From NCBI GenBank assembly GCA_963693365.1, contig CAVNZM010000008.1:310001-374000 (forward strand): a stretch of 64,000 bases of DNA. Reading direction: 5' to 3'. The notes beneath the pieces were generated by a model. The model ran no database searches. It saw only the letters and a list, made by a program, of their open reading frames with translations, and was not told where the DNA came from. Source of the stretch: Amoebidium appalachense. Lineage: Eukaryota > Protista > Ichthyosporea. A program made the position numbers and the translations under genes. Each line of letters starts with the position of its first letter. The first letter of the stretch is position 1. Shown in pieces: positions 22,848-45,973 of the stretch.

Positions 22848-24147
22848 CCACCTACCAGTGGCCCCGATGCAGTCTACGGTCTGGTCCAGCTCTCTGAAGG
22901 ATGCCAGGCCGGCCTCGTAGGGCTGCAGGGCGGCAGCCTGGCCCTGGTCGAGCAGCCGCTGGATTTTGGCTGCACAGCCCTGCCTGGGAAGGGGGGGGTC
23001 AGAGGGGTGTGTGCATGGCAGAGGGCACGGTAGAGCATGTGCTAGTGACTGTGGTGCTGCTGTTATCCGTGTGCCTGCACGGGGTTGTGCGTGCACATTT
23101 GTTGGCTAACCACCCTTTACCTGGTGCATGCATAGTTGCCCATGGCTGGGCCTGCCATGGACACAATATGGGTGTGTGCTGGGTGATGCATTTGTGCCAC
23201 ACTAGTGACCCGCATAGTTCGTCTGTGCACATCCTTGCAGCCGCCAGAGAGGTGGGACCAGTACAGTTGCATGAGCATCCTGTGTGTATGTCTGTATGTC
23301 GTGTAGTGCTCCCTTGCATGTGTGCTCCTTTATGAGTTTTGTGCCGTGTTCATGTACAATGCCTGCCTATCCGTGCCCATGTAGTGCCGTACGTGCTGGT
23401 GTCATGCCATATGTGCCTGTGTGGTGCATGCATGTGCCTGTGTGGTGCAAGTATGTGCCTGTGTGGTCCATGTATGTGCCTGTGTGGTCCATGTATGTGC
23501 CTGTGTGGTGCATGCATGTGCCTGTGTGGTGCATGCATGCGCCTGTGTGGTGCATGTATGTGCCTGTGTGGTGCATGTATGCGCCTGCGTGGTGCATGTA
23601 TGTGCCTGTGTGGTGCATATGTGCATGCATGTTGCATATGTGACTTGTAGTGCATATTTGTCTGTGTGGTACCTATGTGCCCATAGAGTGTCGTATGTGC
23701 TATGTCTCATGTGCCCTGTGTAGTGCATACACGCCTGTGTGGTGCCTATGTTCCTTATACGTATATCTGCCTGCACGCACACAGGCCCACCCCCACCTCC
23801 TCTCGCTGCTCTCCTCCAGGGTGGCCTCGGTCAGCCAGGGCAGCAGGCTCTGCACCAGGGTGGCCATACGGCGCTCCTCCACGTGCCCCCGCCACGCCAG
23901 TGCCTGTATCTCCTCCGGCACACTGCCTGGGGGGTGGTCAGTGTGTGTGTACTGCACAGGGAGGCTACCAGAGTGCATGGTGCCCAGCAGACACCAACAC
24001 ACAGAGGATCCCATATGTCGGGGCTAACCCTAGATGGCGCCCATTCCCCATTGTGCCCAAATCTCGACCCATTCTGTGGGGTGGGCGCCAATGCCGCACG
24101 TGTGCGCGGATGCTTGTGTGGGTGCCTGAATTGGTGGGCGCAAGATA

Positions 24148-24227
<80 letters not shown>

Positions 24228-25211
24228 ATGTGTGTGCGTGTGTGTGTGTGTGCGTGTGTCTGCATGCGTGTTTGTATGTGTGTGTGCGTGTGTGCGCGCG
24301 TGTGTGTATGTGCCTGTGTGTGTGTGTGTGCCTGTGTGTGTGTGTGCCTGTGTGTGCGTGTGCCTGTGTGTGCGTGTGTGTGTACGTATGTGCGTGTGCG
24401 TGTGCGTGCGTGTGTGCGTACTTGTGTGCGTGCATGCATGCATGTGTGTGAGTGTGTGAGTGTGAGTGTGTGTGCGTGTGTGTGTGTTGTGCGCCGTGCC
24501 TAGGCTCGAATTTAAGCATGTAGGCTCAGTCTTCGTGTTTGCTAGGGAAGAGCATCCCCTCCCGTTTAGTCCGGCAACCTGCAGCTGTACGTTATGTGCC
24601 CCCTCCTCCGCCCCTCCCCCCTCTCCCCCCTTCCTCCCTCTCTCCCCTCCCCCCTCCTGCCCGCCTACCCCAGCACTCGCGCCTACTCCTGTACCCCAAG
24701 GCTGACACTCCTCCTTCCCCCCCCCCCCCCCCCCCCCCCCCTCCCCCTGCCCCTCGACCACCACCAACACCATCCACGCACTCCCCTCCTCTTACCATTT
24801 GGAGCTGTGGGCAGGCGCACACTGCGCATGTCGAGGTGCTCGGCGCCCATCCTTACGCCTGGCCTCGGGCTGTCTGGTGCCTCTGACCGGCTGGTTGGGG
24901 CTGGGCTTACAGCTGTGGTGGTGGGCTGGGGGATGGCCGTGCTTAACCCTTGGCTACTGCTAAGCCCTGCAGCAGGTGTGTCGGTGCTGCTGTAGGGGTG
25001 GGCTTATGAGGCCTTGTGCAGGCTGAAACTTTGGTCACAGACTCGCAGCTATGGGGTTTACACACTTTTTATTGCGTGGACACAAGGTTTGCACTCCTGC
25101 GTCGGAGGCCTCGGCTGCAACGCTACAACTGTGGCTATGAATGAATCGAATTTACACCCGAGGCACACGGCCCATATAAGGTAACCCCGCGCTTGTGGAC
25201 TCATCAGTCAT
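19862..25211 (-). CDS. THOC7: THO complex subunit 7-like (THOC7), at least 7 exons; 3' end uncertain
   Basis: Exons ~25211-25186, 24989-24797, ~23926-23797, ~22983-22857, ~21539-21395, ~21011-20924, 20272-onward splice in frame. EERRMATLVQSLLPW, ARTERAQRQQYDTLAQ..LPAR and IEALEAQI..KDRLDQQLAVRKAQF match the THOC7 pattern (DDRRI.LL.KSF..W; AK..R..RQEYDALA; LE.R.KQF). The last exon may be interrupted by another intron before 19862. Confidence 0.78.
23410..23640. repeat. 21-bp minisatellite in a THOC7 intron
   Basis: About 10 copies of ATGTGCCTGTGTGGTGCATGT. Confidence 0.9.
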
Positions 25212-25403
25212 GATTGCGTGATGATGTCATCGCGTGTGTGCTTTCTGCTAATGTGTGAAGAGGTGAGGGTAGTTGTGGCACCAGGTCAAACCAAGCCCTC
25301 TCATAACAGATATATATAGAGGCACCTGGGCCCGAACACATACGTATACGTGCTCGCCTGACTGAGTGCGAGTGGACGGTGTGTGGCTGTGGGCACCTGC
25401 AGC
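25212..25403. promoter_or_regulatory. Putative bidirectional promoter, THOC7 / oligopeptidase A
   Basis: Divergent predicted ATGs are 192 bp apart. The interval is microsatellite-free, with a TATATATA run at ~25311-25318 and TGATGTCA at 25222. Confidence 0.55.
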
Positions 25404-26523
25404 ATGGTGGGCCTGCTTGGTGTGCGCAGCACTGCGGCTGTGCGGCTATTGGGCCCTACAGTGCGTGGCCTCAGCACTGCCCAGGGTTAGTCTAACTCCC
25501 CTCCGTTCCACACCCACTGTTACCCCCGCACGCCACGTTGCCCTCTTCATTATATCCTCTCCCATAGTTGTTGTTGTTTCATTCTTCAGCCGTCTCAACA
25601 CGTTCTATCATACGCTCTCCCGGTGTAACTAAGTGCATGTGTCTGATATGACTTCGCTTGTTTCCCCGTTATTTCCCCCCCCTTCCCCCCCAAACCCCTC
25701 CAAACTCCCACCCCCTCCCCCTCTCTCCTATCTCTCTCTTTCTCTCTCTCTCCCTCTCCCCCCCCCCCCTGACTCTCTTTCTCCCTCCCCCTCCTTCTCT
25801 ATCCGTCTTTCTCTCTCTCCCCCTCTCCCTCTCCCCCCCCCCCCCCCATTTTTTGAGACTCCCTCTCCTCTTTATCCCCTCAGCAACCGCCGCCCTCTCC
25901 CCGACCGCCCCCTCTTCGCCCCCCTCTCCCCCCCCTCCCCCCCCCCCCCCCCCCCCGTCTCTCCTTCCAACCCCCATGGTCTCCCATTTCCGTATTGTCT
26001 CTTGTTCTGCCTGCTTGCTCCCTTCCTCACTTCCTTCCAGGCTTGTGTACGCGATCAATTTGGGCAGAACACGCATACATCCTGGCTGTGTTCTCGGGGT
26101 CCATCCCTCATTCTTGCAGGCTTCCTTATTCCCACACATACTACTTCCCATTTCGAAACGATTGCTTTCTCTATGTCGCGTAACCACAGCCTTTGTGTTT
26201 TTGCACTGGCCTGAAGCTAGATCTGTGCAAGTTCGGACCTATAAGGTGTGGGGTATGTTGTTGCCTGCCCTTATGACTGTGCCGTATTGAGTGTCTAAGG
26301 CTGGGCTCTTCAGTTTTACTCGGTGTTGTACACCCACACACACCGGGGGGGGGAGGGGGGGGGGGGGGATATATATTGCCTTTGGTGCTCACACTCTGGC
26401 GGGCACAGGCAGTGTGCTGAGTGAGGGCACCGGGGTGGTGGCCTATGGCCGTGTGCAGGCTGAGGCTGTGGGCCCGGCCCTGGAGCAGCTGGTGGGCAAG
26501 CTGGAGGCAGACTTTGCACAGGT

Positions 26524-26554
<31 letters not shown>

Positions 26555-26602
26555 GGGGGGGGGGGGGGCACATGGTGGCCAGGTCACCAGCACCAAAAGG
26601 CA

Positions 26603-26636
<34 letters not shown>

Positions 26637-27779
26637 GCCTAGATGTGATGTAGCCAATGGCCCATGCCATTTGCACTACTCAACGTTGTTGGGTTGAGGT
26701 GCTGGTGGGAGGTTGGTTTTGTTAAGTAGTGGTAGTGAGGCCAACGGTGTGCATGATGGGCAGTGGGACTATTGGGCGTATTGGGCGGGTGTGTACAGAC
26801 CTTATGTGAACAGTGTGTGCTTGTGTGAGTGTGTGTGTGGTCTATCGGTGGGTCTGCATTTCTGTGTGTATGCTGACCTGCAATAGTCAATAAGTTCCTC
26901 TTTTCCCATCGTGTTTTTTGGCTTGGTCTACTTGGCAACAAGTGAAGCATCCAGCAGTGCTCCATAGATACGATATATGGTGTGTGACGTATGGTGGGTT
27001 GCAGTTTGAGAGGGATGTGGAGGCTGGCCCGGTGACCTGGGAGGGCACGGTGGAGCGGGCCGAGCGCCTGCGCTGGCCACTGGAGCGGGCCTGGGGGGCT
27101 GTGGGCCACCTCAATGGCGTTAAAAATAGCGACCAGCTGCGCACACAGTACCAGGCCATGCAGCCAAAGGTATGGGGCAGTATAGGGCCATGCAGCCAAA
27201 GGTATGCGGCAGTATAGGGCCATGCATTTAAAGGTATGGGGCAGTATAGGGCCATGCAGCCAAAGGTGCAAGGAAGCAGGTAATGCAGCATATTTTGGCT
27301 GCAAGCAGCCTGCCAGGGGCCTTCATTAATTTTAAGTTGGGATTCATTTTATTTTGTTTTTTTTCTTATTTTATTTTGATGCCTATGAGTGAGTTGGGAT
27401 TCATTTTATTTTGTTTTTTTTCTTATTTTATTTTGATGCCTATTTTGAGTGCCTGTTGTTTTGGGGGGCAGCAGCCGGGGCTAACGCCTGTTGGTGCAGG
27501 TTGTGGCACTGTTTACCCGCATGGGCCAGTCCAAACCGCTGTATGGTGCCCTGCGCCGCCTGGCTGAAAGGTACCATGCATGTCTGGGCCCTGCAGCACC
27601 ACATGAAGGGGGGAAGGGGGGAGGGGGGGGGGGCATGGCCTGGGTATGCACGAAGCAGGGGTTGGCAGGCAGGGTGAAGGAAATAATGGTAGGATCTGTT
27701 GATGGTGTTTTGTGGAGTGGGTTGTTTGCTGGTGTGTGTGTGATGGTGGTGCGGGGTGTGGGTGTGAGTGTGTGTGTGT

Positions 27780-27836
<57 letters not shown>

Positions 27837-30008
27837 TGAAAAGTGTTGCTGGTGTGAGGGGCTATGCCCAGGCACTCTGCTCATTGCATGTGCAGGACGG
27901 ACCTTGATGCCGGGCAGCGGCGCATAGTGGACGGTGCACTGCAGGAGGCTGTGCTTGCTGGGGTGGGCCTGGAGGGGGACGGCAGGCAGCGCTTTAACGA
28001 GCTGGCAGTGGCATTGTCAGCCGCAAGCACAAAGTTTGCTAACAACGTCCTGGACGCCACAAAGGGTAGGGTCAGGCACACATGGGCATGCAAAACCAAA
28101 CCCCCCCCCCCCCCCCCCCCCCCCAAAAAAAAGCACCCCTTCCCCTCCGCACGCCGTGCAGGCCAGTACATGGTGTGCATGGCAAGTGGCCTGCTTGGTA
28201 GCCATTGGTCAGCCACCGGGTGTGGTGTCTGGGCACATGTGAGGCTATTTAGATGTGACGTCACCAGGGCACACCCAGCCACCCCAGGCCACTGACCTAC
28301 GGGTATTTGCTGTGCAGCGTTTGAGGAGCTAGTGCATGACCCACAAGTGGTGGCCGGGCTGCCTGCTGCCGTGCTGGCGCTGCTTGCAGACAGGGCCAGG
28401 CAGAAGGGCCATGCAGGGGCCACGGCACAGGACGGGCCATGGCTGCTAACGTAGGTGCCTGGGCCAGGGCACGGGCAGGGCCATGGGCTGGGTGGTGACT
28501 TTTGGGCCAGACAGGCTGGACCAGCCCTGCTTCGGGCCCTTCATGCAGTACAGCACCCACCGCCAGACAAGAGAGCGCCTCTACCGCGCATACATCACAC
28601 GGGCCAGCAGCCTCGAGGTGTGTGTGGGTGTGGGTGTGGGTCGGTGGGTCGGTGGGTGGGTGTGGATGTGGAGGTGGAGGTGGGTGTGGTGTGTGCCTGT
28701 GTGGATGGGTGGGTTTGTGTGTGTGTGTGTGGTAGTGATGGTGGTGGTGGTGGTGGGGGGGGGGGGGATAGGTGGGGAGCATACCAGGGTTTAACTGGGC
28801 GGCAGCAGGGCGGGGCCAAGCACAACAACGAGGGGCTGATGGGGGAGATTCTGGGCCTCAGGCGGGAGCAGAGTGGCCTGCTGGGCTACAGCTCATATGC
28901 AGACATGAGCCTGACCCGCAAGATGGTAGCCTCCCTGCCCTGTCTCTTTACATGGGGTGGTGGGCGTGGGGGTGCTGAGTGCACGTGCAGGCAAAGGACG
29001 TGGGGCAGGTGGAGAGGCTGCTTGGTGAGCTGCACACCCACTGCCTGCCAGCCGCACAGGGGGACATGCAGCAGCTAAGGGCCTATGCACAGCAACACGG
29101 GTAGGGCCCCTTTCTGCCTCTTAGAGCCTCGGTCCATATGGGACCATGAGGCCTGGTGGCTGCATGCATGGGGGCGGCAGGCAGGGGCAATGCCTGCTGA
29201 CCGGCAGGGTGCAGGCACGAGGGGCCACTGCTGCACTGGGACACAGCCTACTGGTCTGAGCGCCAGAAGAAGGTGCTTATAATGCCCCCTGCATGGCATG
29301 GGGCAGGGCAGGGCTGACTGGGCTGCAGGAGGTCTACGGGGTGGACGGGGAGCAGCTGCGGCCCTACTTCCCCCTGCCTCGGGTACTGGATGGCCTGTTT
29401 GCCCTGGCAAATAGCCTATTTGGTGTCGACATAAAGGTGCGGCCAGCAGTAGTCACTTTGAGTGCTGTCTCCCTGCGGCATCTAACATACCTTGTATGTT
29501 GCCGCAGGCGACAGTCACTAGACAAAGTTTGATCGCGCGTAATCGGATCTGGCTTTACGAGCGGTGATTGGTTCAAAATGACGTAAACCCAGCCTTCTGG
29601 TAGAAAGAAGACATGATCCGCCTGCCCAGGCTTTTTTATACAATGGGATTAAATGATCGCTTTAAAACTTGTGAGCATTCCGATTGGTCATTACATATTG
29701 AGCGATCTGATTGGTCATTACAGCCAAAAGGACCCAGCCGGAGACGTCCCGCAGCGTCGTAGGCCGCCCCGGCCACTTACGTAAGCCAGCGGGTACATAG
29801 CCTTGGAGACTAGGCCAGCAGGGGGATATGGGGCACACAGGTACTGGACTGACGGGGTGACTGACATGATTGCCATGCATGTTAGGAGGCGGGGCTGGAT
29901 GATGGGGTGGCCTGGCACCCTGATGTGCGCTACTATGAGGTCAGAGATACGGCCACAGGCAAACAAATAGCTGGTTTCTTTTTGGACCCATGCAGCAGGT
30001 GGGTGCAG

Positions 30009-30050
<42 letters not shown>

Positions 30051-30074
30051 GGTGAGGTGTGTATGTGTGTGTGT

Positions 30075-30109
<35 letters not shown>

Positions 30110-31918
30110 GGGGAATAGGGCCAAATAGTTACGTCTGGACCAGGCCGGTAATCGAATAAAATCAATTCCAATAAGAAGATTGGATTCGCAATTCCATTTT
30201 AAAAACTGAGCTATTTAATTGGCAATTCCACTTTTAAAATTTGCGTTGTGACTATTTGGTTAGTTGGGGGGGAGAGGTTGCTGACGGGTGCGGCAGGCCG
30301 CAGGAGAAGAGGGGAGGAGCATGGATGGACGTATGCCTCAACAGGTCCAAAGCATTGGCCCCACCAGGCCAACCGGCCAGGTGGGTGGGTGGTTACGGGC
30401 AGGATGGGCTGGCAGGGGTATGCATATGTCTAACGGGGGCTGCAGGCTGCCCATAGCACATCTGGTGTGCAACCAGATGCCCCCCGTGGATGGGCGGCCC
30501 AGTCTGATGACCTTCTACGAGGTGCAGACACTGTTCCACGAGTTTGGCCACGGCCTGCAGCACATGCTGACAAATGTGGACCATTGCGATGCAGCAGGCA
30601 TCAGCGGAGTAGAGTGGGATGCTGTCGAGCTGCCCTCACAGGTGGGCCCATGCAGAGAGTAACGGGGTGGGTGCAGGGCAGGGCTGACTATAATGCAGTT
30701 TATGGAGAACTGGTGCTACGACAGAGACACGGTGGCCGCAATATCAGGGCATGTGGACACAGGCAGGCCCCTGCCTGATGACATCTTTGAGCGTTTGCTA
30801 GGTGCACGCACGTACATGGCAGGTGCGTGGCTGCTGCCTGAGGGGGGAGAAGGGGGGGGGGGGGGGTCTGAAGGGCATTGCAGGGTCGGGCATGCTGCGA
30901 CAGCTGCAGTTTGCTGCCGTCGACTTGGCACTGCACCACCGCCTGCAGACGGGGTATGTGCACGTGCCAAGCATGTGTGTCCACTGCTCACGTGCCCAAG
31001 TGCCCACATGCAGTGATAATCCCACAGACACATGCCCACACGTATAGACTGGACATTGAAATCGACGGGAGCTGTTTGTGTATGTGCCATGGCCAGCATA
31101 TTTACTGTGGCCCACGTGCACAGGCAGGACCCGCTAGCCCTATACCAGCAGCTAGCCCCCTCCTACAGCGTGCTGCCCCCTCTGTCCGAGGACCGGTTCC
31201 TGTGCGGGTTCAGCCACATCTTTGCCGGGGGCTATGCGGCCGGCTACTACTCGTACAAGTGGGCTGAGGTCCTGAGCCAGGACGCATTTGGTGCCTTCGA
31301 GGAGGCCGGCAAAGTACGTGCCCCCGTGCATGCCCTCCCCCCCATGTGCCGCCGCACATGCACATGATTGCATGCCAACAGACTGGCCCATCAACCCATC
31401 CTCACCACGGGGCACAGACATATCTTAGTTGCCAAATAATTGCATCCACCCACACACACATGCTGCACGCTAACACACAAGCACACACACAATCAAGGCA
31501 CAGGTGCTTACACCTGACACACATGTGCATATCCCCCCATGTGGACCACTACACCACCCACACGCGCACATGCACAGACGGACACACGTGCTTCTGCAGA
31601 CCTGCACGCAAATGCATAGGTTCACACCACCGAGATATCAGCATGCCCACCACCCTCTGGCACGTGACACTTGGACGTTTTATTGCGCCTTTGCACCTGC
31701 ATGCACACAGTCAGCGGGTCCTTATACATGGGCTATGTGCAAACTGCTAACATATGCTCTGTCAGGCCCAGTACCCAGCCCTTGGCCGGCGGTTCCGTGA
31801 GACGGTGCTAGGCCTAGGGGGGTCCATGCACCCAGCCCAGGTCTTCGAGGCCTTCCGTGGGCGGCCACCATCAACCGAGCCGCTGCTGCGCACGTACGGT
31901 CTGCTGCAGGCGGCATGA
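25404..31918 (+). CDS. Oligopeptidase A (M3A metallopeptidase, OpdA/PrlC/plant OOP-like), 18 exons, probable mitochondrial presequence
   Basis: Spliced exons give [76 protein letters not shown] (HExxH zinc site), [40 protein letters not shown] and [16 protein letters not shown]. The N-terminus [26 protein letters not shown] is Arg/Ser/Leu-rich with no acidic residues. Confidence 0.95.
29441..29821. mobile_element. Non-autonomous DNA transposon (363 bp, 29450-29812) with 9-bp target-site duplication
   Basis: GGCCAGCAG at 29441-29449 and 29813-29821. Termini TAGTC...GACTA are inverted. Internal hairpin CCTGCGGCA..ACATAC-CTT-GTATGT..TGCCGCAGG. Confidence 0.8.
30121..30259. mobile_element. Small MITE-like insert in an oligopeptidase A intron
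   Basis: Inverted termini CCAAATAGTTAC / GTGACTATTTGG (11/12) around an AT-rich core with repeated CAATTCCA. Confidence 0.5.
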
Positions 31919-31930
31919 TTGTGGTTGCTA

Positions 31931-43148
<11,218 letters not shown>

Positions 43149-43919
43149 TTTATCTATGCATGCATGTGAGTAAGTGAACAGTACAAGTCTACACAGGTGC
43201 TTGTGTGTGCTTGTGTGTCAGAGTGAGCAGATGTGGGATGATGGGTGACAAGAAAGCATGAACTACGAGTGTGTGTGTTGACTGCCATGGTATGTGCAGG
43301 CAGGCGTATGAAAGCTCATGGGGTGTGTGTGTGTGTGGTGGTTGGGGGGGGTGCACAATGTGCATTTTCTGAGGCGGTCAATGGTCTTGCAAGCAGCACG
43401 AACCTTGTGTTGCTTGTGCGCATGTGTACACGTGTGCACCTGTGTGCCTACCTATCTGCATGCCTAAGCAGATGTGGCCTATGAATCTTTGCGTCTGAGT
43501 CCGCCTGTATGCATGTTTAAGCTAATAATAGTGTGCCACTGTACCGAAGTGCAGTGTGTGTAAGTATGCCTATGTGAACAACGGCCAAGGAGGCAAGCCG
43601 GCAGGTGTTAAGGGAAGCTTTTGTGTATAAAGTGTATTTGCCAGCGCGTGTACGTGTGCATGGGCGTGTATTTGGGTGTGGGGGCACGTGGAAGCGAGGT
43701 GACTTTTGTCTGTTGTTTGTGCTCCTGCAGTGCTCTCCCTGTGTGGTTGCACGTGCATACGTCCGTGTGGGTTTGAGGGTGGGTGTAACATATAAAACAG
43801 GCAACCAGGCGCTGTGCAAGGGCGTGAACTGTGCGAGGTAACCGTGAACACGGGGGGAGGGGGGGGAGGGGGGAATTTCAAACACGAACCAACAACACAC
43901 AAAGAAGAAACGTGTGATG

Positions 43920-44006
43920 TGCGCAGCTAGAAGTTAGTACAGGCGCGGTGGCGAGGTTGTTGATGAGCTGCCGTTTGGCCACAGTGCGTGTGTGTGTGCG
44001 TGTGTG

Positions 44007-44049
<43 letters not shown>

Positions 44050-44110
44050 CTAGAACTTAGTACAGGCGCGGTGGCGAGGTTGTTGATGAGCTGCCGTTTG
44101 GCCACAATGC

Positions 44111-44111
<1 letters not shown>
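43920..44111. repeat. ~62-bp near-identical direct repeat separated by (GT)n
   Basis: GCAGCTAGAA(G/C)TTAGTACAGGCGCGGTGGCGAGGTTGTTGATGAGCTGCCGTTTGGCCACA at ~43923 and ~44046. Confidence 0.9.
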
Positions 44112-44194
<83 letters not shown>

Positions 44195-44799
44195 AGTGTG
44201 TGTGTGCGTGTGTGTGTGTTTGAGTGTGTGTGTGCGTGTGTGTGTACGCGCGTGTCTGTGTGTGTGTGTGAGAGTGCTTGCGTGCGTGCGTGCGTGTATT
44301 TATGTGCGTGTATGTATGTGTGCGTGCGTGTGTGCGTGTGTATGTATGTGTGTGCGTGCGTATGTGCGTGTCTGTGGCTGTGTGTGTGCCTCTGTGTGGT
44401 TGCCTACATCAGCACAGCCTGCTGCAGGCAATCATGCACCACTCCCTGCTTAAACTCACTGCCCCCTGTGTATTGCTTGTGCTTGTTGCGTGTGCCACTG
44501 GGGGAAAGAGGGTGTTATACATACCGCTGGACATGGCTGTTGCTGTGCGGAAGGGCTGGTGGGGGCTAGGGCAGGCACACAGGTTTGGAATGAGGGCATC
44601 TGTGCGCGCCAAAATGCCCGGGGATTGTGTAATCGGCGTCACGGCATAAATCCTGGATGCTAAATTTTCAGTCGTCATCGCAGTCGATCGGAAGGAACAT
44701 TGGCTTCGGAACTCATGATCATCTTCCCCCTTCCCCCCCCCCGCCCTCCCCCCCCCCCCTCCCCCCCCCTACCCCCCCCCCCCCCCCCAAAAAAAAAGC

Positions 44800-45973
44800 T
44801 CGTTACCAAGTGAGGAATAGATTCTGTACTTTCCGGTCCTGGCATGGCAATGTTTACGAGCCTCCGGGAAGGGGAGGGGGGGGGGGGGGGGGGGGGGGGG
44901 ACCAAGGACAGAAAGGGCCCCATCACCGAGGAACGGATTCCCATCCACCAAGTGGTGGCCCTGGAAAACGGGGGAGACCCGGCCGACCAATGGAGGAAGA
45001 TTCATCACTTCAGGAGCGACCTGCCTCCGGAGCAGCAGGCCACCCAACAGATGCTGCACCTCCGTGCAAACCAACAGGCAACCTCCCTACCGGCCGACCC
45101 CCCCCCAACAACCTTCCCCCCCCCCCGAGCCCCCCCCCTGGGGCAGACCCCCGAGCCACAACTGCACAGCACACCCAGCTGACCTGCAAACCCCGCTCAC
45201 CCCCCGGAGACATCCCCACGGACCTGGCACCCCCAGGCACCTACGAGGAATGGCAACTCCACATCCAACAGCTCCCCCTCAAACTCCACCATCACCGTGT
45301 ACACCGACGGCAGCCTGACCCACCCAGGCCGGAGAACAGCCCGGGCCGGAGCCGGGGCTGTCTGGACACACCAGACCGGGCAGCCCCACCGGTCACGGCA
45401 TACACCCGTCTACACACGGCCTTGTCAACAGCCCAAGCCGAGCTCACCGGGGTTTTATTGGCCCTACTACTGACCCCTATCTCTACCCCCATCCACATCA
45501 GACTGGACAACCTCGGAGTGGTTAAAAGGTGGGCAGCCAATCTGGACCCCACCCTGCCACCCAGACGGAGACACAAGTTCTCCCACACGGTGGAATGGGC
45601 CCAAGTCCGGGACCAACTCTCCCTCCGTCAGCCAGGCTCCGTGGAGATCTCGTGGGTAAAAGGGCACCACACCAACAAGCAACGACAGGGGCAGAGGAAC
45701 AACCAGGCCGACAAGGCTGCCAACACCGGCAGAACCCTCCCCCTCCCCCCCCCCACCCCACGCCCCAGGAGGGGGCCGATACACCCTTCGACTACAAGGA
45801 CACCAAATCCCCGGCAATATTCCCGGTGCCCTCAACAGGCTGACCAGGGAATACTTCAAGGAAAGGGCCGGCAAGACGGAGGCCATGTTCGTCCTCACCG
45901 ACCCCCGTTTACTCCCAGCCGAGAGGGACCCCTTGAAACTCAACAAGGGCCCAGCCCAGGCATCGGTTGGTAG
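44800..45973 (+). mobile_element. Decayed retroelement fragment with an RNase H domain (probably non-LTR type), frameshifted
   Basis: ITVYTDGSL at 45291 (different frame), then AQAELTGVLLAL, IHIRLDNLGVV and ISWVKGHH..NNQADKAA in the 44657 frame. All four D-E-D-D catalytic motifs of RNase HI are present. Intronless and frameshifted; no RT motif seen. Confidence 0.75.

Noticed and set aside
27330-27445. ~58-bp T-rich tandem duplication in an intron
   Set aside because: Real but ordinary. It does not include a splice site and has no element features.
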